A stretch of 64,000 nt of DNA from Kofleriaceae bacterium (GTDB lineage: Bacteria; Myxococcota_A; Polyangia; Haliangiales; Haliangiaceae), in the NCBI GenBank assembly GCA_965215005.1, contig CBDCCZ010000018.1:306475-370474 (forward strand). Reading direction: 5' to 3'. Below are positions 1 to 9,993 of this stretch, piece by piece. Every line of letters starts with the position of its first letter. Positions within the stretch are counted from its first letter, which is position 1. The notes under the pieces are model-generated. The model saw nothing but the letters and a program-made list of their open reading frames with translations. It searched no databases and was not told the origin of the DNA. Position numbers and translations under genes: made by a program.

Positions 1-790
1 CCGCCAGCAGCTCGCGCATGCGTTCGAAGTGCTCGCGTTCGCCCGCCCGGCTCGAATCGAGGAGGTTTGCCCCGCCGGTGACGATGATTTCGGCATCGCG
101 CGTGGTCGCGTCGAGCGCCAGCTTACTGAGCCGAAGCGCCTCGGAAACCAGCGAGTCGTAGCGATTCTTCTGCTCGCCGAGCTCACGCAGCACCCGCTCA
201 CGCACCTCGCTCAGAGTCAGACCGCCGAGCAGCTCATTGAGATAGTTGTGGATGCGCTCGAGGCGACTGTCATCGATGCCGAGCTCCGCAGCAACCAGCT
301 TGTTCTCAATGGTTCCCTCGCTGGTGACCAGGATGGCCAGCAGCTTGCCGCCGTGCAGCGGCACGAACTCGATGTGTTGAAAGCGCTGCAGCTCCGGGCG
401 AGGCGCCAGGACCACCCCGGCGTGCGAGGTAACGTGCGACAGCATGCGCGAGGTGCGCGGGATGATGGCGTCGAGGTCGAGCGACTCGATGCCGCAGCGG
501 GATCGAATCTCCTCTTTCTCGCGCGGCGTCAGGCTGCGAATTTTGAGCAGCGAGTCGATGAAGAAGCGCAGCCCGCTATCGGTTGGCACTCGCCCGGCGG
601 AGGTGTGCGGCTGCTCGAGAAGACCGAGGTCTTCGAGGTCCGCCATCACGTTGCGAACGGTCGCCGGAGATAGGTCGATCTGGTGCTTACGAGTCACGGT
701 GCGCGAGCCAACCGCCTGGCCGCTCTGCAGATACTCGGAGACCACCGCGGCGAGAATCTTGCGTGCACGACGGTTGAGCGCACCACTCAT
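1..790 (-). CDS. hrcA: Heat-inducible transcription repressor HrcA (3' end outside window)
   Basis: Not in the ORF track. Manual translation from ATG at 790 gives [32 protein letters not shown]...[33 protein letters not shown], the HrcA winged-helix signature. Lies downstream of hemW. Confidence 0.95.
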   Translation of the reverse strand, partial: MSGALNRRARKILAAVVSEYLQSGQAVGSRTVTRKHQIDLSPATVRNVMADLEDLGLLEQPHTSAGRVPTDSGLRFFIDSLLKIRSLTPREKEEIRSRCGIESLDLDAIIPRTSRMLSHVTSHAGVVLAPRPELQRFQHIEFVPLHGGKLLAILVTSEGTIENKLVAAELGIDDSRLERIHNYLNELLGGLTLSEVRERVLRELGEQKNRYDSLVSEALRLSKLALDATTRDAEIIVTGGANLLDSSRAGEREHFERMRELLA

Positions 791-832
791 GGCTTGGCTG
801 GAGTCAGACGGCATACGGCGTAACTTCAGAGT

Positions 833-1954
833 TTAGCGTGCCGCGCTCGCAACGCGCGTGGCGATTGCATCGGCGCACAAAAAGCCGCGCAAGGTCGGGC
901 GCAAACGGCCGGATCGAGGCTCGGCGAGGCCCGCTGCGAGCAACGCATCGGCCAACCCTGGAAAGGTGCGCAAACGCTGCAGGGCGACGCCATCGCTGGT
1001 GCGCATCCCGAGCCACACCCGATCTTCGGCGTATTCTCGAGGAGTTACGATGATTTCCTCGGCGACTGCATGATCTGGGTCTCGCAGATAGGAAGCCGTC
1101 GACCGCGCGTTGGTCCAGCGCCGACCGCCACCGTCGGTGGTGCGAACGAATGATGCAGCGCCGCACCCGAGGCCGAGATATTCGGCGCCGGTCCAATACA
1201 GCGAGTTGTGCACCGCGCGATGACCTGGGCGTGCGTAGGACGAGATCTCATAGTGCTCATAGCCGCGCGCGCTCAGGAGATGATGGGTGCGCTCGTAGAG
1301 GTCGGCGAGCTCGTCGGGATCGCGCACCGCGAGCTCGCCGCGCGCCGCGCGCTTGCCGAATACGGTGCGCTCTTCGATGGTTAGCTCGTAGACCGATAGG
1401 TGCGGAGCGTCGCTGTCGGCGGCGCGCTCGACGCTCTCGACCGTGGAACCCGAGCCGGGCGCGCCGAGGATCAAGTCGGCCGACAGAGACTGAAAACCGG
1501 CCGCAAGCGCCGCGGTGAGCGCGCGGGCGCCATCACCCATGCGATGATCGCGGCCCAGTGCCACGAGCTCGCCGGCATCATAGGACTGCACGCCGATCGA
1601 AAGGCGATTGACCCCCGCCTGCAACCACGCCTGCATATTTGCCGGAGTGCAGTCGGTTGGGTTGGCCTCGAGCGTGACCTCACGCGGCACACCGGCAAAT
1701 CGGGCTCGGACTGCCGCGATGACCTCGGCGATGCACTCGGGCGCCCACAGCGAGGGCGTGCCGCCGCCGAAATAGATCGAGACCAGCTGCCGGCCCTCGA
1801 GCAGCGGCGCCCGCGTCTCGAGCTCTCGCAGCACCGCATCGCGATAGCGGGTATGCGCGATCGCGCCTTCCGGGGCGACGGTCACCGCAAAGTCGCAGTA
1901 AGGACACAGGTTGCGACAATATGGAAAATGGATATAAACGCCGAATTGCCGCAC
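833..1954 (-). CDS. hemW: Radical SAM heme chaperone HemW (HemN-like)
   Basis: GVYIHFPYCRNLCPYCDF (CxxxCxxC), YFGGGTPS, HNSLYW. Start re-called to GTG at 1954; the ORF-track extension to 2677 is antisense to the next gene. Confidence 0.92.
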   Translation of the reverse strand: MRQFGVYIHFPYCRNLCPYCDFAVTVAPEGAIAHTRYRDAVLRELETRAPLLEGRQLVSIYFGGGTPSLWAPECIAEVIAAVRARFAGVPREVTLEANPTDCTPANMQAWLQAGVNRLSIGVQSYDAGELVALGRDHRMGDGARALTAALAAGFQSLSADLILGAPGSGSTVESVERAADSDAPHLSVYELTIEERTVFGKRAARGELAVRDPDELADLYERTHHLLSARGYEHYEISSYARPGHRAVHNSLYWTGAEYLGLGCGAASFVRTTDGGGRRWTNARSTASYLRDPDHAVAEEIIVTPREYAEDRVWLGMRTSDGVALQRLRTFPGLADALLAAGLAEPRSGRLRPTLRGFLCADAIATRVASAAR

Positions 1955-1966
1955 GTCTGAGCACCG

Positions 1967-3121
1967 TTGACCGAGAACCGCTACATATACCTCGATAACG
2001 CCGCCACCACCCGGCTCGCGGCCCCCGTCGCCGAGTGCATGCACCGCTGCGCCATGCACGAATTCGCCAATCCTGCCTCGCTGCATCACGCGGGTATCGC
2101 GGCGGAGCGACGCGTGAAGGGCGCGCGCGAGCAACTGCTGGCGGCGATTGGCGACGCTGGCGGAACACGTGGCGAGCTGATTTGGACCTCGGGCGGCACG
2201 GAAGCCGACGCGCTGGGCATCCTCGGTGGCGGCCGCGCCAACGCGGCGCGCGGTCGCCACGCGCTGGTTGCCGTAAGTGCGCATCCTGCGGTGCGTGAAA
2301 ACGCCAAGCTGCTTGCGCGCGAAGGCTGGGAGGTGGAGACGCTGCCGGTGGATGACATGGGCCGCCTGGACCCGCAGCAAGTGGCCGCGGCGGTGCGAGC
2401 TGACACCACGCTGCTCGCGCTGATGCTCGTCAACAATGAGCTCGGCACGATTGATGATGTCGCCGCCATCGCGCACGCGGCTCGGCAGCGAGCCAAGGCG
2501 CTTCACGTGCACTGCGATGCGGTGCAGGCACTCGGCAAGGTCGAGCTTGACGTGGCGAGCTTGGGCGTCGACTCGCTGGCGCTTGCTGCGCACAAGCTGC
2601 ACGGGCCGAAAGGCGTAGGCGCGCTGTGGAAGGCGGCTAGCGCGCGGCTCGTGCCGCTGTGGGGCGGCGGCGGGCAACAGCGGCAGGGGCGCGCGGGCAC
2701 CCTCAATGTGCCCGGCATCGCCGGCTTTGGCGTCGCTGCCGAGCTCGCGGTGAGCGAGCGCTCAGAGTTGCAAGAACGGTGGCGGGGCTTCGCTGCAGTA
2801 TTGGCGGCGGCGGCGGCCGAGTCAGCAGTCGAGCACCGCGAAAATGCCGCGCATGGGCCGCGTGCAGCGCATATCGTGAGCCTGTCGTTTCGTGGCGTTC
2901 CTGCCGAGCCGCTGCTGCATGTCCTGGAAAGCCGCGGCGTGCTCGTGTCTGCTGGCTCAGCGTGCGCCTCGCGCTCGCGCTCCCCTTCGCCAGTGCTCCA
3001 GGCGATCGGCGTCGGGCCCGAATGGGGCACCTTGCGCTTCTCCTTTGGCCGCGAGACCACCTCTTCAGACGTTTCACGCGCCGCTCGGATCTTGATTGAT
3101 GCCATTGCAGACTTCCGCTGA
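1967..3121 (+). CDS. Cysteine desulfurase (NifS/IscS class; NifZ-like partner of ThiI)
   Basis: YLDNAATT, TSGGTEA, HCDAVQ, AHKLHGPKG (PLP lysine), SAGSAC (catalytic Cys). Directly upstream of thiI. Confidence 0.92.
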   Translation: MTENRYIYLDNAATTRLAAPVAECMHRCAMHEFANPASLHHAGIAAERRVKGAREQLLAAIGDAGGTRGELIWTSGGTEADALGILGGGRANAARGRHALVAVSAHPAVRENAKLLAREGWEVETLPVDDMGRLDPQQVAAAVRADTTLLALMLVNNELGTIDDVAAIAHAARQRAKALHVHCDAVQALGKVELDVASLGVDSLALAAHKLHGPKGVGALWKAASARLVPLWGGGGQQRQGRAGTLNVPGIAGFGVAAELAVSERSELQERWRGFAAVLAAAAAESAVEHRENAAHGPRAAHIVSLSFRGVPAEPLLHVLESRGVLVSAGSACASRSRSPSPVLQAIGVGPEWGTLRFSFGRETTSSDVSRAARILIDAIADFR

Positions 3122-3280
3122 CCAACCGACCTCATCCTGTTGCGCGTGTCCGAGATCTTCCTCACGCGAGACCACCTCTTCAAACATTTCACGCGCCGCC
3201 CGGACCTCGATTGATGCCATTGCAGACTTCCGCTGAACCAACCGACCTCATCCTGTTGCGCGTATCCGAGATCTTTCTCA
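3050..3280 (+). repeat. Diverged tandem duplication (115 bp + 116 bp) spanning the desulfurase stop and thiI start
   Basis: 3050-3164 and 3165-3280 both run CGCGAGACCACCTCTTCA...ATGCCATTGCAGACTTCCGCTGA...CCGAGATCTTyCTCA, with several substitutions and a 1-nt indel. Confidence 0.95.
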
Positions 3281-4398
3281 AAGGAAGAAATCGCCGCAGC
3301 TTCTTTCAAGCACTCGTGCGAAACGCGCGGCGGCTGGTGAGCGACCTCGACGGCGTGAGCGTGCACGCGCGCTACATGCGCGTGGCCGTCGAGCATCCCC
3401 CTGCGTTGCGCCAGGCGTGCCTCGACCGCCTCGCGCGAGTGTTTGGCATGGCGTCCATGTCTCCCGCCGTGCGCGTCGAGCCCAGCGTCGAAGCCATCGC
3501 AAGCGCGGCCGTCGAGCAAGCGCACGCCCTTACAGAGGGCAGTTTCAAAGTTGAGTCCAAACGACGCGACAAGCGGTTTCCGCTTACCTCGCAAGAGCTT
3601 TCACGGCAAGTCGGAACCGCAGTCGCTTTGGCCACTGAGCGCCCCGTCGACGTGCACCACCCTAACCACGTTCTGCGCATCGAGGTCGGCGATGAAGACG
3701 CCTACGTCTTCTCCCGCGTCATCGAAGGTCCGAGCGGCTTGCCCGTAGGCACCGCTGGCAATGTCACTTTGCTACTCTCCGGCGGCATCGACTCGCCCGT
3801 TGCGGGCTGGTCTGCTATGCGCCGCGGTTGTCGATTGAACGCTGTCTACTTTCACTCGTTTCCGTACACCGGCGATAAGACTAAAGAGAAAGTCCTCGAT
3901 CTAGCCAGAATCCTGGCCCCATGGCAGGGCCGCCTCGCCGTGCATATCGTTCATTTCACCGACGTGCAAAAGCAGCTCCGCGCTGCCGCCCGCCCCGACC
4001 TCGCCGTGCTCATGTATCGCCGCATGATGATGCGCGTCGCCAGCCGCATCGCCGCCCGCGAGCACTGCCTCGCCCTCATCACCGGCGACAACCTCGGCCA
4101 AGTCGCCTCCCAAACCCTCGAAAACCTCCGCGTCGTCGAAGACGCCGCCACCCTGCCCGTCCTCCGCCCCCTCCTCACCTTCGACAAGCTCGACATCATC
4201 GCCCGCGCCCGCGCCATCGGCACCTTCGACACCTCCACCCTCCCCTACGAAGACTGCTGCTCCCTCTTCGTCCCCAAACACCCTGCCACCCGTGCCCGCA
4301 TCCGCGACCTCACCCGCGCCGAAGCCGGCCTCGACCTCGAAACCCTCACCACCACCCTCACCGACTCCACCGAGCGCATCATCCTCGGCGACAGCTAA
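3214..4398 (+). CDS. thiI: tRNA 4-thiouridine synthase ThiI (THUMP + PP-loop, no rhodanese domain)
   Basis: SEIFLKGRNR, THUMP region, SGGIDS PP-loop, GDNLGQVASQTL, YEDCC. Confidence 0.95.
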   Translation: MPLQTSAEPTDLILLRVSEIFLKGRNRRSFFQALVRNARRLVSDLDGVSVHARYMRVAVEHPPALRQACLDRLARVFGMASMSPAVRVEPSVEAIASAAVEQAHALTEGSFKVESKRRDKRFPLTSQELSRQVGTAVALATERPVDVHHPNHVLRIEVGDEDAYVFSRVIEGPSGLPVGTAGNVTLLLSGGIDSPVAGWSAMRRGCRLNAVYFHSFPYTGDKTKEKVLDLARILAPWQGRLAVHIVHFTDVQKQLRAAARPDLAVLMYRRMMMRVASRIAAREHCLALITGDNLGQVASQTLENLRVVEDAATLPVLRPLLTFDKLDIIARARAIGTFDTSTLPYEDCCSLFVPKHPATRARIRDLTRAEAGLDLETLTTTLTDSTERIILGDS

Positions 4399-4726
4399 CG
4401 CGGCGCAGGAACCCTTCCCGCAGCCTCCCTCGAGCATCGCCGTTGCGCTCGGTCGCGCAATCCCGCTCCCAGCCCCCGCCTACGAGCTTCACCAGCGCCC
4501 CCGTCCCCTCACTCGCCGCGAATCAACAAGCGCCCACTGTTCGTCACCAGCGCACAATCCTCATCTCCACTACAAACCTGCACTCGCTGCAACCCCTCGG
4601 CCCCATCCTTTCCAACCGCCCCCGTAACTAAGCCCTGCCCCCACCGTCGCGCCCATCACGGGCGCTAATCGCCTCGCCGCAGTGCCGTCGATCCCCACGG
4701 CGGGGGACGCGTACGCACAGGGATCC

Positions 4727-4930
4727 TCACGGGCGGAGCGCGGCGTAATGGGCCGCCACCTCGGCGGGGGACCATTCGTGGTTGTAGACGTTGACCTCGT
4801 CGATGTCGCCCAGGAAGTAACCCGAGCTCGAGTAGCGGCCCACCGTGACCTCGTGCTCCCCGCGGGCGATCGGCAGGGACGGTGTTTCCTGTTCGCCGAC
4901 CAACGTCCCGTCGATGTAGAGACGAATCAC
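4727..4930 (-). pseudogene. C-terminal fragment of a LamG/concanavalin A-like domain
   Basis: RLYIDG...VGRYSSSGYFLGDIDEVNVYNHEWSPAEVAAHY matches the LamG tail pattern (LYvDG..F.G.IDEV.IY). Only 67 aa, no N-terminal half. Confidence 0.55.
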
Positions 4931-6690
4931 GCCGTGCCCGTCTCCGCCAAACCGGTTGTGGGTGCCGCTCGATCCAGAGGTGCGTGGCGGGATTCGAGGG
5001 AGTGGCTGTCGCGATTCGCGATCCGCTTGGCGGTCAATCTGCGCAGGCGGCGGTGGCTGATCGTGAATCCGTTGATGGCACCGGCGCTGTTGCGGGTGAA
5101 GGTAACGGTGCCCAGTGGGCCGCCGACGAAGCGGTCTCCTCCGACGGGCTCGAGGGGGAGTTGCATCTGCCGTGGCCAGTGTAGGCTGAGCGTGTCGCCG
5201 TTGAGACGCACGGTAAAGGTGGCGTCGATCTCATCGATTCGATACTCGCCGACGAATGCCGACAGGTCCGATGTGGCGGGTCGAGGCAGAGTCACTTGTT
5301 GGAAGACGCGCGGCTGGGGCCAGTAGTCGAAGATGCGGACCTCGCGCGGAGCTTCATCCGCAGGGGTGGTGAAGCTCCAATGTTCCACGTCATCGCCAGC
5401 GCGGAACTCGCCCTCTCCCAAGGGCACGAGCACCTCGAGCGCCGGGGGAGCACCGCGCCGACGGAGCGCTCCGTCGCGCCATTCCACCTGGACGACCTCA
5501 TCGGAATGCGAGCTCCAATAGGTTCCGGAAAATTGCCTCTGCTCTGCCTCCGGCACCGCCGTGGCGGGAACGGTTGTCTTGGCTAGGCGGTCGCCGAGAT
5601 ACAGCGCTGCAATCTTGCGAGTGAGCTCATGCGGTGATGCAGTGGCGGCATTGCAGAGCGCGACGACCGTGAGTTGCTGGTCTGGAAAGGTGACTAGATC
5701 CGCGCGGTATCCGGCGTCGATTCCCTGATGGCCCTCGCTGCGGAGCCCCCGGTGCGTCTCCACTCGGCGGCCCTTGGCGTAGCCGGTGGACGTTCCGTCG
5801 TTCAACGTGCCGGGGGTTCGCATCCAGTCCACCAGTGCTTTGCCGCCGACGCGGGGGTGGTCGAAGTTCTGCTCCCACTTCAGCAGATCGCCCACGGTGG
5901 TGAAAAGGCTGGTCGAGCCGTAATGATCAAAGACTGGAATACTGATCCGCCACTGGCCATCTGGACCCAGGCGATAGGCAGACGTCCTTCCCGGTACGAG
6001 CTCCGTATGATCGACATGGAAGTGTGTGTCGTTCATAGCGAGTGGCTTGAAGATGCGCTCGGCGGCGAGCTGCCTCAGCGTTTGGCCGGACGCGCGCTTC
6101 ACAATCTCGGCGAGCAGCGTGTAGCCCATGTTGTTGTAGAGCGCCTCAGTGCCGGGCTGAAAATTCAGCCCCCGCTGCTTCGCGGCAACCCACAACACAT
6201 CGTCTGTGGCCATCACATCATCGTCTCTCCACCCCGCGAGAGCGAGCAGCACTCCCTGCTCCCGTAAGCCGCTGGTGTGGTGAAGCAAGTGTGAGACTGT
6301 GATGGGCTTGCCGTAGTCGGGTAGCTCAGGCAAGTAGGTTCGAATGTCGTCTGTGAGCGATAGCGTTCCGTCTTGCGCCAACAGGCCTATTGCAAGGGCG
6401 GTGAACTGCTTGGCGATAGAGGCAGCGTGGAAGATTGAAGTGGGTGTGATCGGAACGGCGTGTTCTAGGTCGGCCATGCCGTAGCCGCGCACGTAGTCCA
6501 CGACGCCGTGCTGGGCGATTCCCACCGCACAACCAGGGGTAGTCGGTCGATTCCAGGGCTCGAAGAGCGCGTCCACCTGGGCATGGCGGTCAGCGGGAGC
6601 ACGAGGCGCAAGAGAGACTGGCGCTGCGGGGCGCGCGGCGCAGGCCGCCGCAGTGAGCACCGCCAGGAGGAGAAGTTGGCTTGGTTGCAT
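4927..6690 (-). CDS. Serine hydrolase, beta-lactamase/AmpC-like family, probable lipoprotein
   Basis: ASIAK (SxxK), LLHHTSGL, YNN (YxN), HQG; signal peptide with LTAAAC lipobox-like motif. Confidence 0.88.
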   Translation of the reverse strand: MQPSQLLLLAVLTAAACAARPAAPVSLAPRAPADRHAQVDALFEPWNRPTTPGCAVGIAQHGVVDYVRGYGMADLEHAVPITPTSIFHAASIAKQFTALAIGLLAQDGTLSLTDDIRTYLPELPDYGKPITVSHLLHHTSGLREQGVLLALAGWRDDDVMATDDVLWVAAKQRGLNFQPGTEALYNNMGYTLLAEIVKRASGQTLRQLAAERIFKPLAMNDTHFHVDHTELVPGRTSAYRLGPDGQWRISIPVFDHYGSTSLFTTVGDLLKWEQNFDHPRVGGKALVDWMRTPGTLNDGTSTGYAKGRRVETHRGLRSEGHQGIDAGYRADLVTFPDQQLTVVALCNAATASPHELTRKIAALYLGDRLAKTTVPATAVPEAEQRQFSGTYWSSHSDEVVQVEWRDGALRRRGAPPALEVLVPLGEGEFRAGDDVEHWSFTTPADEAPREVRIFDYWPQPRVFQQVTLPRPATSDLSAFVGEYRIDEIDATFTVRLNGDTLSLHWPRQMQLPLEPVGGDRFVGGPLGTVTFTRNSAGAINGFTISHRRLRRLTAKRIANRDSHSLESRHAPLDRAAPTTGLAETGTA

Positions 6691-6713
6691 GCGAGCTCGT
6701 AGCGGCTACATCG

Positions 6714-8259
6714 CTACTTCTGCTCGAAGACGATGGGAAACTGCGTAGAGATGCCCTCGGTGGAGCGGCGAAACTGCCATTTGCGCATGCGCGCTAGCAG
6801 GCACTTGCCAAGCTCGTCGTTGGCGTGGTCGGAGAGGTCGACGTTGGTGACGGTTCCGGCGGCGTTGACGATCATGCGGACGTCGATGCGGCGCACGCGC
6901 AAGAACGGATCGGCTTTGAGGGCGCGCTCGTAGCAGCGTCGTGTGCCGGTAGCGTACTTGCGTGAGACGGAAACGATGTCGAGCGGCGACAGGGGCTGGA
7001 TGGCATCGTCGCCAAGGGTGATTTCGCTGAGGCCGCCGCCGCCGGAGGGTTTGGTGGGCGTGGTGACGCGGCCGGTGTTGACGCGATCGCGGCTGGTGGT
7101 GCGCGCTCCGCCTGCTCTAGTGGGTTGGCTATCGTCGGCTTTGGAGCCGACGCGCGGCAGAACGCGCTCGGGGTCGCCCAATCGATAGCCGAGCTCTTCG
7201 AGGCTGCCGGCGATGCCGCCGCCCGAGCCGGCGCGCAGCTCACTGTCGTTGGACTGGCCACGCAGCAGCAAGAACAACAGCAACGCGGCGATCGCGGTGA
7301 TGCCGACGCCACCGATCAACAGCAGCGGCATTCGCGAGTGCCGGGGCGAGCTCGTGAGGATGCTCGGGGAGGCATCGGCGATGGCCGCGTCGGAGAGCGC
7401 CCGCTCATCGAGAGCACCGGCGATCATCGGCGCAGCACCAGCAACGGGCAGCGACGCCGCGGGACCGGTGCCGCGACCAACACGATCGTTGCCCTTACTC
7501 TCACCACTGGCGCGCGGAGTCGTCGGCGCCATCAAGTCGCGCAGGTTGACGACCCGCGACACCTCACCGATGTCGAGATCGAGGCCGTCCTCGCCATCGC
7601 CGGCGGAGCTCTCGGTTCTGGGCCGCGCCTCGGGAAATAGCGCCCCTCCGGAGGAGCCGTTGCGGGTGGTCGAGCGCGCGGGCGAAGAGCTAGCGCCAAA
7701 CAACGAGCCGTCGCCGCTGGTGGACCCGCGCGCTGGTGCGGCGGTGTGCGCCGCTGTTTGCGCGGTGTCGGCGCGGTCGCGCAAGCCGCGAAAGTGGCTG
7801 ATCTTGTCGACCGGTAGCCAATCGTCCGAAGCCTTCGCTCCAACAAAACAGCTCCGCCCCGACCGGTTTGCCGGCAACCCATTCGCACGCGTCGGTCACC
7901 GAGTACGGCCCCGCCTGCACGCCGTCGATCGAGACGTACCAGTCGGCAGCCAAGCTCTTGGGTGCCACCAAGCTATCGGACGCGCTCGGGTCGCTCGACT
8001 TCTTCAGAACGTCCTCGAACGCGCCGCGCAGCGGCGAGGGGACGCCTGGATCGGTGTCGGGTGAGGCGCCGCGACGAATGCGGGCGCCGACCTCACTGGC
8101 ACCGCGCGCGCGGTCATCGGCGGCGGCGCTGGTGTCGCTGGCTTCACGTACGGTGACGACCGCCGAGCAATTCTTGCAGCGAATCTTGAGGATCTTGCCG
8201 CGCACGCGATCGTCGCCGATCGAGTAACGCGTCTTGCAACGATCACATTGAAACTTCAT
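6714..8259 (-). CDS. Zinc-ribbon + GYF_2 + TM + TonB_C-like protein (GltJ/AgmX-like); one +1 frameshift at ~7826
   Basis: MKFQCDRCKTRY...IRCKNC zinc ribbon; WYVSIDGVQAGP...CWSEGF|DDWLPV GYF_2 is continuous if one G is removed; TM helix; C-terminal RRCYERALKADP...CLLARMRKWQF...FPIVF. Confidence 0.8.
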
Positions 8260-8637
8260 TCGTCGACGTGCAGTGGAGGGAGCGTCGGCCGTCGCTGGAG
8301 CGGACGGCGCTGGCTGCGTCGTTCTTGGTTTTAGCAAACGCCCGTAGATAAATGAAGAAGCGCGCTCCCAGAACCAGCGCGATAGACGCGAGTCGTGCGG
8401 CGAATGTGGGAGTTCGCATGACGCTGTTGCAGCGCTCTTACCCGCCGCATACGGCAAGCGGCCGGCGCAACCGGGGCTTATGGTGGCACGACAGGTTCGA
8501 CGGCCGGTGTTTCCCCGCAACCTGCCGGAGCGGCGCACAAATCTCGTCCTGCGCGAGCTAGCGTGATAGGCGTTCCGACTCGCAGCCGCGGAGCCGGTCG
8601 ATGCTGGCCCGTCGCCACTTCGCAGGCACCGCCGAGG

Positions 8638-9993
8638 TTACCCCTGCAGCCACTCCAGGGGGCCGCGCCCGGCATTGCCGAATCGGTCGACGTCGGCCAA
8701 GCCCATGTGCCTTGCGATGGAGACGAAGAGCTGATGCAACACCAGCGCTCGATCCTCGCTCGAGCCCGCCGCTTCGAAGTGACGCCCGGTGCGGTAGGCG
8801 CCCATGGAGTTGCCGAACAACACCACCGGCACGTTGTCGTTGGAGTGCGGTCCCCCGGCACCGAACTCCGAGGTCCAGAGAACGAGCGTGCTCTCTAACA
8901 GCGGGCGGCCATCGGCGTCCATGGTGGTGGCGAGCTTGTCGACGATGTCCATGACCTTGGACGAAAACCAGTTGTAGAAGAGCTCCAGCGCGGGAGCGGC
9001 GCTGGCGCTCGGCTGATGCGTCCAAGCGTGCATCTGAGGGCCGGAATCGCCGGAATCGACGACATCTGACGCGGGCACTGCGTAAGACTCGGGGATCGCA
9101 AACCGCGCCGCCTCGTTGCCGAGAGAGACGCCAATGACGCGGGTGACGTCGCAGGTAAAGGCGAGCGCCATGAGGTCGGTGAAGGCGGTCATCGCCTCGT
9201 CGCGTGCTTCGCGACCGGTCCACGCGGCCGATTCGCCGAGGGAGGTGCGCGGTGCATCGGGCACCGTGCAGGCCCTCTGCGCGGCGTCCATCGAGCGGGC
9301 TACGCTCTTCTCCAGCGACTCGATGTTGCCGCAGTGAAAGTCGAGCATCTCGCGGCCTTCGCTGGTGAGCTGGCCGCGGAGGCGCGCACAGTCGCCGGCG
9401 AGTCGATCGAGGACGAAGTGCTTGCGAACCAAGCGCGGCGAGGGCCCACTGCCGTCGCCGATGGTTCGCGTGATATCCGCGAGCGCCTCAAACGGATTGC
9501 TGATGGGCACCAAGCGTTTGCCGGCGGCTTCATAGAAGGAGCCGTTGGCGTTATCGTGCAGGCCCCACAAGAGTGAGCGCTTGGGCGTGACCACACCGCG
9601 CTTTTCGAGCTCCTTGGCGATGAACTGATCGAGCGACGGACCGGTCGCTGAGTTGGTTCCCTGGGTGGTGGTGGCCGTAAGCGCTCCCACCGAACCGGAT
9701 TGGTGGCCGTACTCATTGTGAGTGCCGAAGGGAACGCCGGGCTGGTGGCAGCGGTGAAAGAATAGGCCGCTGGATTTGTGACGCTCGAGGGGCCGCCACC
9801 ACGGCAGGATGTTGAAGTCGAGCTCGGTTCCTTCTGTTGGCCCCACCACGTGCTGCGGACCGTTGGGGCTGCACAGGATCACCACTCGACGAGGCGGCTG
9901 CGCGGCCTGCGCAAAGGATAGAATAGGCCGCAACACGGGCACTGCCGCAGCACCCAGCGCGAGCTGGCCGAGAAATCGTCGTCTGTTGATCAT
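8638..9993 (-). CDS. DUF1552-family protein with Tat signal
   Basis: MINRRRFLG twin-arginine signal; ALAFTCDVTRV, LLESTLVLWTSEFG, HSNDNVPVVLFG. Overlaps the stop of the DUF1592 gene. Confidence 0.82.
   Translation of the reverse strand: MINRRRFLGQLALGAAAVPVLRPILSFAQAAQPPRRVVILCSPNGPQHVVGPTEGTELDFNILPWWRPLERHKSSGLFFHRCHQPGVPFGTHNEYGHQSGSVGALTATTTQGTNSATGPSLDQFIAKELEKRGVVTPKRSLLWGLHDNANGSFYEAAGKRLVPISNPFEALADITRTIGDGSGPSPRLVRKHFVLDRLAGDCARLRGQLTSEGREMLDFHCGNIESLEKSVARSMDAAQRACTVPDAPRTSLGESAAWTGREARDEAMTAFTDLMALAFTCDVTRVIGVSLGNEAARFAIPESYAVPASDVVDSGDSGPQMHAWTHQPSASAAPALELFYNWFSSKVMDIVDKLATTMDADGRPLLESTLVLWTSEFGAGGPHSNDNVPVVLFGNSMGAYRTGRHFEAAGSSEDRALVLHQLFVSIARHMGLADVDRFGNAGRGPLEWLQG

Noticed and set aside
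29..673. Plus-strand 214-aa ORF and many similar long ORFs (e.g. 55547-56908, 26543-28297)
   Set aside because: Shadow ORFs of high-GC genes on the opposite strand or in alternative frames, with no recognisable motifs.
1955..2677. Long N-terminal extension of HemW in the ORF track
   Set aside because: It is antisense to the cysteine desulfurase; HemW homology starts at 1954.
4927..6690. Antibiotic-resistance beta-lactamase call
   Set aside because: The motifs support only the broad serine hydrolase family; the third motif (HQG) and long C-terminal extension differ from AmpC.
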